From: Acutalibacteraceae bacterium
GTDB lineage: Bacteria > Bacillota > Clostridia > Oscillospirales > Acutalibacteraceae
NCBI GenBank assembly: GCA_045658725.1
Contig: JAZOVN010000283.1
Coordinates: 1 to 48,109, forward strand
Direction: 5' to 3'
DNA: 48,109 nt
Part shown: in pieces, positions 17,514 to 27,252 of the stretch
Position numbering within the stretch: position 1 is the stretch's first letter
How the letters are laid out: the number at the start of each line of letters is the position of its first letter
Notes under the pieces: model-generated
The model's input: the letters and a program-made list of their open reading frames with translations, nothing else
Told to the model about the DNA's origin: nothing
Databases searched by the model: none
Translations under genes and position numbers: made by a program

Positions 17514-19517
17514 ATGGAAAAGAAATTTTTTGACAAAATCATTCACGGTGGAGACTACAATCCCGATCAGTGGATAAAAACTCCCGAAATCTGGGATGAG
17601 GATATGCGTCTTATGAAGCTTGCACACATCAACAGTGCAACAATCAGCATTTTCTCATGGTCGCTTCTTGAGCCCGAAGAGGGTGTTTATAATTTCGGCT
17701 GGCTTGATGAAATCATGGATAAGCTTCACGCAAACGGAATGTCGGCTATCCTTGCAACTCCTTCGGGTGCAAGACCTCCCTGGCTTGCTCAGAAATATCC
17801 CGAGGTTCTGCGTGTTGAAGAAAACGGAATCCGCAATGAATTCGGTGTCCGTCATAATCATTGCCTGACATCTCCCGTTTACAGAGAAAAGGTTCGCAAC
17901 ATCAACCGCATGCTTGCTGAAAGATATAAAAATCATCCTGCACTCAGAATGTGGCATATCTCCAACGAATACTGCGGTGAATGCCATTGTGAGCTTTGTC
18001 AGCAGGCATTCAGGGATTGGGTCAGAGAATATTATCATAACGATATTGAGGAGCTTAACGAAAAGTGGTGGAACGGATTCTGGAGTCACCGCATGAACGA
18101 CTGGTCACAGATAAGCTCTCCCAAAAACAGAGGTGAAAACCATGTTTCCGCAATGAAGCTCTGCTGGAACAGATTTGTTTCTGACAGCCATATTTCATTC
18201 TATGAAAACGAAATTGCTCCTCTTCGTGAAATAACTCCCGATATCCCCATAACAACAAATTTCATGAAAATGTATGACGGCATTGACTATCAGAAATTCG
18301 CAGAAAAGATGGATCTGATTTCGTGGGATAATTACCCCGCATGGGATAAGGGCAGGAATGAGGATGAAGCACTCGAAACTGCGTTTGTTCATGATGCATT
18401 CCGCTCTATGAAAGGCGGTCAGCCCTTCTTCATGATGGAAAGCACGCCTTCTCTTGTCAACTGGCACGATGTCTGTAAGCTTCCCAAACCCGGAATGCAG
18501 GAGCTTTCTTCAATCCACGCCGTTGCTCACGGTGCAGACAGCGTTCAGTATTTCCAGTGGAGAAAGAGCAAGGGCGGTCACGAAAAATATCACGGTGCGG
18601 TTGTTGACCATTGCGGTCACGAGCACACAAGAGTTTTCCGTGATGTCACCCGTCTGGGAGAGGTGCTTGAAAAGCTTTCGGGAGTTGTCGGAAAATACAG
18701 CGACGCAAAGGTTGCCGTTGTTTATGACTGGGAAAATTCGTGGGCAGTCAAGCACTATTGCGGTTTCAACAACCTTAACCGCAATTATCTCGGCGAATGC
18801 GTAAAATGGTATGCACCCTTCAGAAAAAGAGGAATTTCCGTTGATGTTATTCCTATGGACGGCGATTTTTCAAAATATGATATCGTTATCGCTCCGTATC
18901 TTTATATGCTCAAAGACGGTACGGGCGAAAGAATAAAGACCTATGTTGAAAACGGCGGCAATTTTGTTGCAACCTATCTCACGGGCTTTGTTGATAAGAA
19001 TGATATGTGTTATCTCGGCGGTTTCCCCGGTGACGGTCTTATGGAGGTTTTCGGTGTCTGGTGCGAAGAAACCGATTCTCTTCCCGACGGCATGAAAAAT
19101 TCCGCATCATTCGGCGGCAAGGATTATGATGTTGATTATATCTGTGATATCATCCATTCAAAGGGTGCAAAAATCCTTGGTGAATACAAGAGCGATTTCT
19201 ATGCAGGTATGCCTGCCGTAACCGAAAATTCTTATGGCAAAGGCAAGGCGTATTATGCCGCATTCAGAAATGACGCTGATTTTGCCGATGATTTCTGTGA
19301 AATGCTGATTAAAGAAAACGAAATCAAGCCCGACTGCGGAATCAAATCCGATGACGGAATCGAAATCCGCAAGAGAGGCGACATGATTTTTGTTCTTAAT
19401 TTCTGCGATGACGAAAAGAAGATTGTCCTCGACAGGGAGTATCTTAATGTTGTCAGCGGAGAAAAAATGAGCGGAGAAATAATGCTCGGTTCATGCAAAT
19501 ATCTTATATTAGAATAA
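17514..19517 (+). CDS. Beta-galactosidase, GH42
   Basis: HGGDYNPDQW, ATPSGARP, RHNHC, WHISNEY (acid/base), CHCELC Zn site, FFMMESTPS (nucleophile), YFQWRKS, EKYHGAVVDH. Confidence 0.95.
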   Translation: MEKKFFDKIIHGGDYNPDQWIKTPEIWDEDMRLMKLAHINSATISIFSWSLLEPEEGVYNFGWLDEIMDKLHANGMSAILATPSGARPPWLAQKYPEVLRVEENGIRNEFGVRHNHCLTSPVYREKVRNINRMLAERYKNHPALRMWHISNEYCGECHCELCQQAFRDWVREYYHNDIEELNEKWWNGFWSHRMNDWSQISSPKNRGENHVSAMKLCWNRFVSDSHISFYENEIAPLREITPDIPITTNFMKMYDGIDYQKFAEKMDLISWDNYPAWDKGRNEDEALETAFVHDAFRSMKGGQPFFMMESTPSLVNWHDVCKLPKPGMQELSSIHAVAHGADSVQYFQWRKSKGGHEKYHGAVVDHCGHEHTRVFRDVTRLGEVLEKLSGVVGKYSDAKVAVVYDWENSWAVKHYCGFNNLNRNYLGECVKWYAPFRKRGISVDVIPMDGDFSKYDIVIAPYLYMLKDGTGERIKTYVENGGNFVATYLTGFVDKNDMCYLGGFPGDGLMEVFGVWCEETDSLPDGMKNSASFGGKDYDVDYICDIIHSKGAKILGEYKSDFYAGMPAVTENSYGKGKAYYAAFRNDADFADDFCEMLIKENEIKPDCGIKSDDGIEIRKRGDMIFVLNFCDDEKKIVLDREYLNVVSGEKMSGEIMLGSCKYLILE

Positions 19518-19522
19518 AAATG

Positions 19523-19549
19523 AACGGCTTGCGTTTTGCAAGCCGTTTT
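19523..19549. terminator. Bidirectional terminator
   Basis: AACGGCTTGC-GTTTT-GCAAGCCGTTTT between convergent genes. Confidence 0.7.
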
Positions 19550-19551
19550 AC

Positions 19552-20658
19552 TTATTTCAGAATGTTGCTTTGATTGAGAATAAGAGTGTTGTAAATAAAA
19601 AGCACATCGCAGTTTGTGAAATCAACATATTCGCCGAGAATCTGCGGAGAGATATAGCGGATATCAACAACCGTTATTTTACTGTAGCCCTCAAGCATGA
19701 GGGGAACAAGCGATGAACCGAATGAATCTCTGAAAACAACAAGCTCTCTTTTTTCTTTTGCAAGCGGATTTTCAATTGTCAGAAAAGCCGCCGCACCCGA
19801 AAGATAGACCTCATATTTGTCATAGCCCGAAAGCTTTGACATATCATAAACGCCCTGCATTGTTTTATTTGTTTCAAGGTTAAAGGTCTTTGCACCGTCT
19901 GTGACGGGTGAGGAGAGAGTTACAATTTCATCGCTCATTTTTCCGAGAGCAAGTCTCGGAGCATAAACGCCCTCAAAATCAGAGATTTTCTGAGCCGTGT
20001 AATCGCTGAAGGGTCTTGCTTTGAAGCCCATTTTTCGGCTCAGTCTGTCAATAACCTTTCCGAGGTTTTCCTGCTTCCAATGAGAATCGGTTGTGTAATA
20101 GTCATCGGCGGTCAGACAATCGAAAATATCAATATATTCCATGTTCCTGATTTCTGAATGATAAATTTCAAGCATCCTGCCGTAATCAAGAGAGGGGAAG
20201 CCGTTCTTTTCGGCAAGAAAATAATTCTTATCGGGCACAACGGAATAATAAACCTTTGCGTTTTTGCCGCTGATATATTTTTCATAAATCGAGTTGAGTT
20301 TTTCGGCAGTTTTCTTAACCGAATTTTCGCTCAGCACCGACTGAAATTCCGAAATGTGGCCGTCGGCAAGATAAACCTTGCTGTTATCGGTCTGACGCAG
20401 AAGCTTCATTCGGATTGCGGCATTGACCGTGCGGAATCCGTCACGCAGGGGAAACTGGTCGGTCAGATATTTTTCAAAACCGTCAAAAAAGCTTTTGTCC
20501 ATAACGGATTCAACCGATGCTTGGGGCATCTGCTGTGCCTTGCGTCTTTCGGAAACAAGGATTTCCACTGGTTCTCTTAAAATACAGGTGCCGCCGAGGA
20601 TAAGGATGAATGCCGAAAATATTATTATGCTTGTGATATTGCGTAATTTTTTACCCAT
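19552..20658 (-). CDS. DHHW-family (AlgX/AlgJ-like SGNH) membrane-anchored acyltransferase
   Basis: N-terminal TM, SERR, DQFPLRD, YYTTDSHW, VFRDSFG; downstream of an MBOAT gene. Confidence 0.85.
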   Translation of the reverse strand: MGKKLRNITSIIIFSAFILILGGTCILREPVEILVSERRKAQQMPQASVESVMDKSFFDGFEKYLTDQFPLRDGFRTVNAAIRMKLLRQTDNSKVYLADGHISEFQSVLSENSVKKTAEKLNSIYEKYISGKNAKVYYSVVPDKNYFLAEKNGFPSLDYGRMLEIYHSEIRNMEYIDIFDCLTADDYYTTDSHWKQENLGKVIDRLSRKMGFKARPFSDYTAQKISDFEGVYAPRLALGKMSDEIVTLSSPVTDGAKTFNLETNKTMQGVYDMSKLSGYDKYEVYLSGAAAFLTIENPLAKEKRELVVFRDSFGSSLVPLMLEGYSKITVVDIRYISPQILGEYVDFTNCDVLFIYNTLILNQSNILK

Positions 20659-20669
20659 TCCGACACCTC

Positions 20670-22067
20670 CTAAAATCTGAAATACAGGAACGGATTATAT
20701 GAGCCGTCAATGAGATATGCTGTAACAGCAACGAGAAGCGTGAGAACGGCAACGGGCTGCAGAATGTTGCAGAGTTTTTCGCCCGTTTTGGTTGAATCAA
20801 GCTTTTCTGCGGCAATCGTAATCGCAGGAGTTGCACCGATTATGCCGATAACAAACAGAACGGCGTAGCTTCTCAGATAATAAAGCGTTGCTTCGGTGCA
20901 GAGGGGATAAGCGGATGTGAACATGCCTCTGAAATCCGCAATAATACCTTCAACACCGTTTGAGTTGAAGATAACAAAGCCGATAAGAACGGCAAATATA
21001 AGATAAATATGGCTGATAACAGCAGGTGCTTTATCCTTGATTTTCTTCGGAATGCTTTTTTCAATCAGCAGAAGTGCCGCAAAGTAAAGACCCCAGATGA
21101 TGAAGGTCCAGTCAGCGCCGTGCCAGAAGCCTGTGAGAAACCACACGGTTAAAATATTGAAAAAAAATCTTGGAGTTTTAACACGGTTGCCGCCCATGGG
21201 AATATAAACATAGTCCCTGAACCAGCTTCCGAGTGAAATGTGCCATCTTCTCCAAAATTCCGTGACGGATTTTGAAATGTAGGGATGGCGGAAATTTTCG
21301 GGGAACTTAAATCCGAACATACTGCCAAGACCAATCGCCATATCGCTGTAGCCCGAGAAATCGAAATAGACCTGCAATGAATATGCAACGGCATAAATCC
21401 AGAAAAAGAGTGTGGATTTTTCATCGGATTCCCTGAAGATTTCGCAGAAGCTTCCGAAAGAATTTGCGAGAAGAACTTTCTTTCCGAGTCCGACAGCAAA
21501 GCGTCTTATGCCATATGCGAAGCCGTCAAGCGAATGCGTTCTTGTGCGAAGTTCGCGTTCAACATCGGTATAGCGGACAATCGGACCTGCAACAAGCTGC
21601 GGAAAAAGAGAAACATAAAGTGCAAGGTTGAGCGGATTTTTCTGAACGGGGGTATCTTTTCTGTAAACATCAATATTATAGCTGATTGACTGAAAAGTGA
21701 AAAAGCTTATGCCAATCGGCAAAGCAATTCCGAGAAGACCGATTTCTGTGTTGAAAACGGAGTTTGTAACGGAAATGAAAAAGTCTGTGTATTTGAAATA
21801 AACAAGTGCCGAAAGATTCAGAAGAACCGATGCCCAGAGCAGAATCAGCCGCATTTTTCCTTTTGCTTTGTCTGTCAGCAGACCGAAAATATAGCTGACG
21901 GAGATAACCGAGAGCATAATTACAAGGTATTTCGGCTCTCCGTAGAAATAAAAGAAAAGACTTGCCGCCAGAAGCCAGATGTTTTTTGCTTTTGAGGGCA
22001 GAACATAATAGACCGCCAACACAACCGGCAGAAACGCAAATAAAAATGTTAAGCTTGAAAAAAGCAT
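20670..22067 (-). CDS. MBOAT family O-acyltransferase (AlgI/DltB-like)
   Basis: LPIGISFFTFQ, FPQLVAGPIVRY, YFDFSGYSDMAIG, EFWRRWHISL, TGFWHGA, YNPFLYFRF. Confidence 0.95.
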   Translation of the reverse strand: MLFSSLTFLFAFLPVVLAVYYVLPSKAKNIWLLAASLFFYFYGEPKYLVIMLSVISVSYIFGLLTDKAKGKMRLILLWASVLLNLSALVYFKYTDFFISVTNSVFNTEIGLLGIALPIGISFFTFQSISYNIDVYRKDTPVQKNPLNLALYVSLFPQLVAGPIVRYTDVERELRTRTHSLDGFAYGIRRFAVGLGKKVLLANSFGSFCEIFRESDEKSTLFFWIYAVAYSLQVYFDFSGYSDMAIGLGSMFGFKFPENFRHPYISKSVTEFWRRWHISLGSWFRDYVYIPMGGNRVKTPRFFFNILTVWFLTGFWHGADWTFIIWGLYFAALLLIEKSIPKKIKDKAPAVISHIYLIFAVLIGFVIFNSNGVEGIIADFRGMFTSAYPLCTEATLYYLRSYAVLFVIGIIGATPAITIAAEKLDSTKTGEKLCNILQPVAVLTLLVAVTAYLIDGSYNPFLYFRF

Positions 22068-22098
22068 CAGCAGTCTCCTTTCAGATTAATTGAGGTTT

Positions 22099-22131
22099 AA
22101 AAAACACCGAAGCCGAAACTCCGGTGTTTTT
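22099..22131 (-). terminator. Intra-operon terminator-like hairpin after the lipoprotein gene
   Basis: AAAAAACACCG...CGGTGTTTTT inverted repeat. Confidence 0.5.
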
Positions 22132-22141
22132 GTTGTTATAA

Positions 22142-22795
22142 TCAGCCGAGGATGATTCCTTCGTCTTCGCCGGGCATTGCTGCAGGTGCATCCATGCCGT
22201 CTTCTGCGGGGAATTCTTCACCGTAGGGGATTTCTTCCTGAACTTCGCCTGCCTTGGTGAGAGGAGCACTTGCCGCACCGTTTGCAACGATATTGAATGC
22301 GTTGTAAACATCGTCAACAATGTTTTCGGCAGCCATGATCATCATGATTGTGTTACCGCAGTTTGTAACAAGAACCTTTTCAGCTGCAACGCAGATCCAC
22401 TTTCTGTGGTTAACACCTTCAAGAATTTCGTTCTTGAGAGCTTCAACATCTGCTCCGTCCTTAGCCTTGACAAGGCACATTGAATATGCGATTGAACCGA
22501 TCATGGGTTCTGAGAAAACAGCTCTTTCGATTGAATCTGTTGATGAAACACCGATGAATGAAGCTGCTGCTTCAACATCTGCAAGGTCGATTTCCATGGG
22601 ATCCATGAGCATCATTTCGATTGTTGTTGCGTTTGAATAAATCTGAGCTGTGATTTCTTCAAGAGTGCCTGTGAGCTCAGCTGCGGGAGCATCTGTGATT
22701 GCTTCGGTTGTTTCGGGAGTGTCGCTGTTGCCGCCGCATGCTGCAAGAGCAAATACCATTGTGAGTGCGAGTAAGATGCAAATAATTTTTTTCAT
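22142..22795 (-). CDS. Acidic lipoprotein of the MBOAT/DHHW cluster (DUF4358-like)
   Basis: Lipobox LAAC; EPMIGSIAYS and RKWICV motifs; position upstream of the MBOAT gene. Confidence 0.7.
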   Translation of the reverse strand: MKKIICILLALTMVFALAACGGNSDTPETTEAITDAPAAELTGTLEEITAQIYSNATTIEMMLMDPMEIDLADVEAAASFIGVSSTDSIERAVFSEPMIGSIAYSMCLVKAKDGADVEALKNEILEGVNHRKWICVAAEKVLVTNCGNTIMMIMAAENIVDDVYNAFNIVANGAASAPLTKAGEVQEEIPYGEEFPAEDGMDAPAAMPGEDEGIILG

Positions 22796-22909
22796 TGAAT
22801 TATTCTCCTTGATTTTTATTTTTGCCGTACCATGCGATTATATCAGCAATAATCAGTTTTGGCAATACTTTTAGATTAAATAACGGTTAACAATATGTGA
22901 ACACGGCAA

Positions 22910-23899
22910 TCAAAGCTCAATTTTAACGAAGGCAACATTGAGTCTTTCATATGTATAAGCAATATAAAGAGCACCGTTATAGTATTCGATTGCGGGGTAG
23001 GAAAATTCGCTGTCAATTTTTTCTTCTTCAAGAACAAAAGCGGTTTCCCATGTCTGACCGTTATCGGTTGATTTTTGGAGTGTGAGGGGAGAGCGTTCAC
23101 CCCAGTTTTCACCAACGGGATTTGAAAGAAGCCAGAGGCTGCCGTCGGGAGTCTTAACGGCATCAAGACCGCTGTTGTTGTTGAGAAGGCTTGTTTCATA
23201 TGCGGTGCACCATGTTTCACCGTAATCGTCGGAATCACTTCTGTATGCTTTGCCTACGGGAGTTCTTGTGAGCATATGAACCTTGCCGGGTGCGGATTCC
23301 CAGAGAGTGGGCTGAATCATGGGGATGAGGTTTGATGTGTAATGGTTAAGACTGTTGAGAATGGGAGCTGTCTGCTTTGTTTTGATTTTTGCACCCTTTT
23401 TCCAGGTCAGACCGTCGTCAAAAGAGGTATCGATAAAGCAATTCCAGCCTCTGTTTTCGCTCGATGCGGGAGCAAGAATTCTTCCGTCTGAAAGGCGGAG
23501 GCATTTATTCTTAACGGGGCCTCTGCCGCCGCTTCTGTCACCTGCAACAAGCTCACGGGGAGTGTCAAAGCTTATGCCGTTATCCTTTGAAACGCAGAAG
23601 AAGGTTCGCCAGGAATAAATTTCTTTACCAACCTTGAAAAAGAGAACAACTTCTCCGTTTTCACGAAGGAAAAGCACGGGATTCCAATGGGGAATGCGGC
23701 TGTTATAGGTTATTCTTGAGGGTTTGCCCCAACCGTTTTCATCTCTGCGTGCATACCAGATATCAACATCCTTCTTGCCTTCCTTTGTTCCGCCGAACCA
23801 TGCGGAAAGAACGCTGCCGTCGGGCAGGGGAAGAACGGTTGATGCGTGGCAGTTTGCGGTGGGAAGGGGATTGCATACGAATTCTTTTATCATTTTCAT
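22910..23899 (-). CDS. BNR-repeat beta-propeller (sialidase-like) protein
   Basis: CHASTV, WFGGTKEG, Asp-boxes SKDNGISF, SFDDGLTW, SDDYGETW, STDNGQTW; GPVKNK, FSYP; start chosen from AAGGTGA RBS. Confidence 0.8.
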   Translation of the reverse strand: MKMIKEFVCNPLPTANCHASTVLPLPDGSVLSAWFGGTKEGKKDVDIWYARRDENGWGKPSRITYNSRIPHWNPVLFLRENGEVVLFFKVGKEIYSWRTFFCVSKDNGISFDTPRELVAGDRSGGRGPVKNKCLRLSDGRILAPASSENRGWNCFIDTSFDDGLTWKKGAKIKTKQTAPILNSLNHYTSNLIPMIQPTLWESAPGKVHMLTRTPVGKAYRSDSDDYGETWCTAYETSLLNNNSGLDAVKTPDGSLWLLSNPVGENWGERSPLTLQKSTDNGQTWETAFVLEEEKIDSEFSYPAIEYYNGALYIAYTYERLNVAFVKIEL

Positions 23900-23909
23900 T
23901 TTAATCACC

Positions 23910-24128
23910 TTATAATTCAAATTCTGAAGGATCGGCTTTTTCTATCATAAGCGGTTTTTTAGGTCTGCGTTTGAGAGGGTCATAGGAATATTTCATGCAT
24001 TTTCCGTCGGTTGCAACAATGCCTTTTTTGATGCAAAGAACAGACTGTTCATCGGGTGAAAGTCTGCCGTGAACGCAGTGTTCGCACATCGGCGGATATT
24101 TTTTCTTTTCAAAAAGCTTCTTTCTCAT
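23910..24128 (-). CDS. Small Cys-rich hypothetical protein
   Basis: 72 aa, CEHC...C...C then YDPLKRRP; GGAAAGG RBS; co-oriented with neighbours. Confidence 0.65.
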   Translation of the reverse strand: MRKKLFEKKKYPPMCEHCVHGRLSPDEQSVLCIKKGIVATDGKCMKYSYDPLKRRPKKPLMIEKADPSEFEL

Positions 24129-24204
24129 CTTTCAACAACCTTTCCTTAGAGTGAAATATGCCTTTCAAAACCGTATGGAGTTCGACTTGTTTCACTCTAA
24201 AATA

Positions 24205-25242
24205 TTAGCATAATTTTTTATTATTATCAAGGTCTAATATCAGAAGAACGCAAAGAAACATGAGCGAAATTGCCGCAGGTGCGGAGAATGACCACAATTC
24301 CATGTTCGGAGAAACGGAAATCATAGCCTGCTTTTCAAGCGGATGAAAATGAAGAATCACGCGGCATGCGGCAAAAGCAAGGGCGGAATGAAGAAGTCTG
24401 AAAAGATAAAAAACGGGAATTCTTATTCCGATATCCTTTGCCATAGAAAAAATCTGCATATGTATGCATAATCCGCCGAAAGCGCATACCGAGGCGATAA
24501 CGGGAAGCGGAACCTTACCCGATGCCGAAGCACATCCGCTTGTAACTTCAAGAATGCAGGAGGCGGCAAGGGAAATTTTTCTGTTTTCAATAATACCGCT
24601 CATAACCGAGCTTATTCCCGAGAAAAGACACACAAAGCCGCAGCAGGAGAGCATTGCGGATGATGCGGATTGCACACTGCTGACCAGAGCGGCTGAAAAG
24701 CTTAGATCTTCATTTTTTGTTACTGTCGGGTTTTCTTTGATATCGGGTAAAAAGCGGACAAAACAGCCTGTTATTCCCGAGGAGATACAAAGAGAAAGAA
24801 GCAGAATTCTTCCTGCTTCTCTTGACCCCAAAAGAGCGTTGCCAACGGCGTTAACCGAAAATCCCAGTCCGGGATTGATGCAGAAAAGAATGAGTCTGCG
24901 TGCCTGAGAGCGGCTGACTGTTCCCGATTCATAAAGTGATTTTGCGGCGGAAGCTCCCGAAAGATATCCGCCGAACTGACCGAGAATTATCACAGGAAGA
25001 CAGCTTCCGTCAAGACCGAAAAGCCGTTTTGTCAGCGGTTCGGAAAGCTTTTGAAACTTGTACGGTAGCCTTCCCGACCCCGCAAGAGCAGATGCTGCAA
25101 GGAACGGGAAAAGCGACGGAATAACAACACCTGCACAGTTTGAAAGCCCTGCCGAAAAGCCAGCCGAGAATTCTTCGGAAAACAGAAAAATCAAAACAAA
25201 CAATGCCACTCCCGATAAAAAAATAAAAAACCTGTTTTTCAT
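24205..25242 (-). CDS. Sporulation integral membrane protein, YlbJ-like
   Basis: VVIPSLFPF, GGYLSGA, FCINPG, LEVTSG, FGGLCIHMQ; multi-TM. Confidence 0.75.
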   Translation of the reverse strand: MKNRFFIFLSGVALFVLIFLFSEEFSAGFSAGLSNCAGVVIPSLFPFLAASALAGSGRLPYKFQKLSEPLTKRLFGLDGSCLPVIILGQFGGYLSGASAAKSLYESGTVSRSQARRLILFCINPGLGFSVNAVGNALLGSREAGRILLLSLCISSGITGCFVRFLPDIKENPTVTKNEDLSFSAALVSSVQSASSAMLSCCGFVCLFSGISSVMSGIIENRKISLAASCILEVTSGCASASGKVPLPVIASVCAFGGLCIHMQIFSMAKDIGIRIPVFYLFRLLHSALAFAACRVILHFHPLEKQAMISVSPNMELWSFSAPAAISLMFLCVLLILDLDNNKKLC

Positions 25243-25258
25243 AGTCTGCACCTCGGTT

Positions 25259-25296
25259 AATTCTATGTATTTTTGACTGTGTCAATTCATAGAATT
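25259..25296. promoter_or_regulatory. Palindromic intergenic region with candidate divergent sigma-E promoters
   Basis: CATAGAAT on both strands (25288-25295 plus, 25267-25260 minus) resembles the sigma-E -10 element. Confidence 0.4.
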
Positions 25297-25315
25297 CTAA
25301 AAAGGGGAGTGCTTC

Positions 25316-25612
25316 ATGAGAAACAGAAAAAGAAACGGCACAAGAGCCGAAAACATAATTGATTCGATAACACGCAATCTTGATTTGCCGCAGGATGCGG
25401 TGTCGGGTTATGCACACATCGAAATAAGCGGCAACCGTGAAGCGATAATCGAAGGCTGTCAGGGTGTGCTTGAATATAACGATAATCTGATTGCCCTTAA
25501 TACGGGCAGGCTCACCGTAAGAATCTGCGGATGCGGTCTGACGATAGTTTCAATGCAGAACGGTCAGGCGATAATAAAGGGCACGATAACGGGTGTTGAT
25601 TACTGTAATTAG
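25316..25612 (+). CDS. yqfC: YabP/YqfC family sporulation protein
   Basis: DLPQD, IEISGNREAIIEGCQGVLEY, IKGTITGV; upstream of yqfD. Confidence 0.85.
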   Translation: MRNRKRNGTRAENIIDSITRNLDLPQDAVSGYAHIEISGNREAIIEGCQGVLEYNDNLIALNTGRLTVRICGCGLTIVSMQNGQAIIKGTITGVDYCN

Positions 25613-25621
25613 GAGTTTTTT

Positions 25622-26800
25622 ATGCTTGTTCTGAAGTTTCTGAGATTTATTTCGGGATATGTCTTTCTGACGGCAGAGGGCGGTTTTCCCGAAAGATTTA
25701 TCAACCTCTGCAGACTCAGAGGAATTCTTCTGTGGAATCTGCAGTGCAAAGACGGAGTTATTACCGCCTGCATGGGAAGAAAGGATTATCATAAAATCAG
25801 ACCCGTTGCGAAAAAATCGGGCATGAAGGTCAGAATCAGTAAAAAGAACGGTTTGCCCTTTTTTCTCAACCGTCACAGCAGAAGAGTCGGGATTCTTATC
25901 GGTATATGTTTTTGCATTGCAATGCTGAGCATTCTTTCAACAAGAATATGGAGCATCGGTGTGAGCGGAAATGTCCGTGTGCCGAGCGAAAAGATTATTG
26001 AGGCGTTTGAAGAACTCGGTGTCAGAAAGGGAGTTGCGGCAGAAAAAATCAATATTTCAGCCGTTGAAAATGCCGCTCTCATAAAATTGCCCGATATTGC
26101 GTGGCTCAACATCAATCTCAGCGGAAGTGCGGCAATGATCGAGGTGAGGGAACGCGGTGCTTATGATGAAAAAGACGAAGACAGCACTCCGTCGGACATC
26201 ATAGCTGCCCGTGACGGACAGATTGTTATTCTCCGCCCCTTCAATGGCACTCAGGAGCAGAAAATCGGTAATCCCGTGCTCAAAGGAGACCTTCTTATCA
26301 GCGGAATTGAAGAAAACAAAGACCTGACGGTCAGCTTTTGCAGGGCGAAGGGCTATGTTGTGGCAAGAACAAGCCGAAAAGTCGGAGCTTCGGTGAGCAG
26401 GGAAATCAAGGTTAAAATACCCGTCAGCACAAAGAAAAGTTATATTGCGGATTTCCTCAATTTTTCAATACCGCTCGGAAAAATATCTGCCGCCGCATAC
26501 AGAGAAAAAACAGAAGTCTGCGTTAACGGAGTTACACTTCCCGTCGGGTTTACGGAATGCACCGAAACCGTTTATGACGAAAAAACGCTCACACTTACGC
26601 AGGAGCAGGCGGAAATGCTTGCCTTATTGGAGTTTCACGAAAAATGTGCAGAGGATTTCCGCGGTCTTAAAGTTGAAAAATATGAAATATCTTCAGCAAA
26701 AGATGAGAAATTATGCTCGGTCGGCGGAAATTTTGTCTGCCTTGAAAATATCGGTGAGGAAAGAAAAATGCAGATAGAGGAAACGGAAGGCGAGCAATGA
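25622..26800 (+). CDS. yqfD: Sporulation protein YqfD
   Basis: GYV, ERFINLC, GLPFF, IW.I.V.GN, DIIAARDG.I, GDLLISG, CLENIG. Confidence 0.85.
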   Translation: MLVLKFLRFISGYVFLTAEGGFPERFINLCRLRGILLWNLQCKDGVITACMGRKDYHKIRPVAKKSGMKVRISKKNGLPFFLNRHSRRVGILIGICFCIAMLSILSTRIWSIGVSGNVRVPSEKIIEAFEELGVRKGVAAEKINISAVENAALIKLPDIAWLNINLSGSAAMIEVRERGAYDEKDEDSTPSDIIAARDGQIVILRPFNGTQEQKIGNPVLKGDLLISGIEENKDLTVSFCRAKGYVVARTSRKVGASVSREIKVKIPVSTKKSYIADFLNFSIPLGKISAAAYREKTEVCVNGVTLPVGFTECTETVYDEKTLTLTQEQAEMLALLEFHEKCAEDFRGLKVEKYEISSAKDEKLCSVGGNFVCLENIGEERKMQIEETEGEQ

Positions 26801-26859
26801 AAATCAAGGAAGAGCATCACTCTTGCTTTGATTTATATTAATACTGTTTTCTTTACAGC

Positions 26860-26889
26860 AAAAAACGGCAGCTTTAGTTAAGCTGCCGT
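26860..26889. terminator. Terminator hairpin
   Basis: AAAAAACGGCAGCTT-TAGTT-AAGCTGCCGT between convergent genes. Confidence 0.6.
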
Positions 26890-27101
26890 CAGTTATCTTT
26901 TAATCCTAATATATAATCTGTTGATGTGTTGTAAAGCTTTGCAAGAGCAATAAGAATATCGGAAGGTATATCGCGCAAGCCGCGTTCATATCGGTTGTAT
27001 TGAGGTTGCTTCATGGAAAGATATTCTGCAACCTGAGCCTGTGTAAGGTCATGGTCTTCACGCAGGTCACGGATTCTTTTGTAGTATGCCAATAACCTCA
27101 C
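26889..27101 (-). CDS. Small XRE-family HTH regulator
   Basis: RIRDLREDHDLTQAQVAEYL...YNRYERG...STDYILG. Confidence 0.85.
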   Translation of the reverse strand: MRLLAYYKRIRDLREDHDLTQAQVAEYLSMKQPQYNRYERGLRDIPSDILIALAKLYNTSTDYILGLKDN

Positions 27102-27125
27102 CGCCTTTTATTACTGTTTGGTTAT

Positions 27126-27179
27126 TGACATTTTAACATTTGTACTTTAAAATTATTCTTATAATAACCATACGGTTAT
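27126..27179 (+). promoter_or_regulatory. Sigma-A-like promoter plus palindromic operator upstream of the small HTH gene
   Basis: TTGACA-17 bp-TAAAAT (27126-27154); palindrome ATAACC-ATAC-GGTTAT (27164-27179). Confidence 0.5.
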
Positions 27180-27211
27180 AAAGACTCCGTGTTGCAAACA
27201 ATATAAAAAAA

Positions 27212-27235
27212 CGGGCGACCAACGGTCGCCCCTAC
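27212..27235 (-). repeat. GTAG-type REP-like palindrome, probably also the queT terminator
   Basis: Minus strand GTAGGGGCGACCGTTGGTCGCCCG followed by a T-run. Confidence 0.6.
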
Positions 27236-27252
27236 GATTGTTTTTATTGATT

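Noticed and set aside
19552-22795. MBOAT-DHHW-lipoprotein cluster as a novel system
   Set aside because: This arrangement is a common clostridial surface-polymer acylation module; nothing here departs from it.
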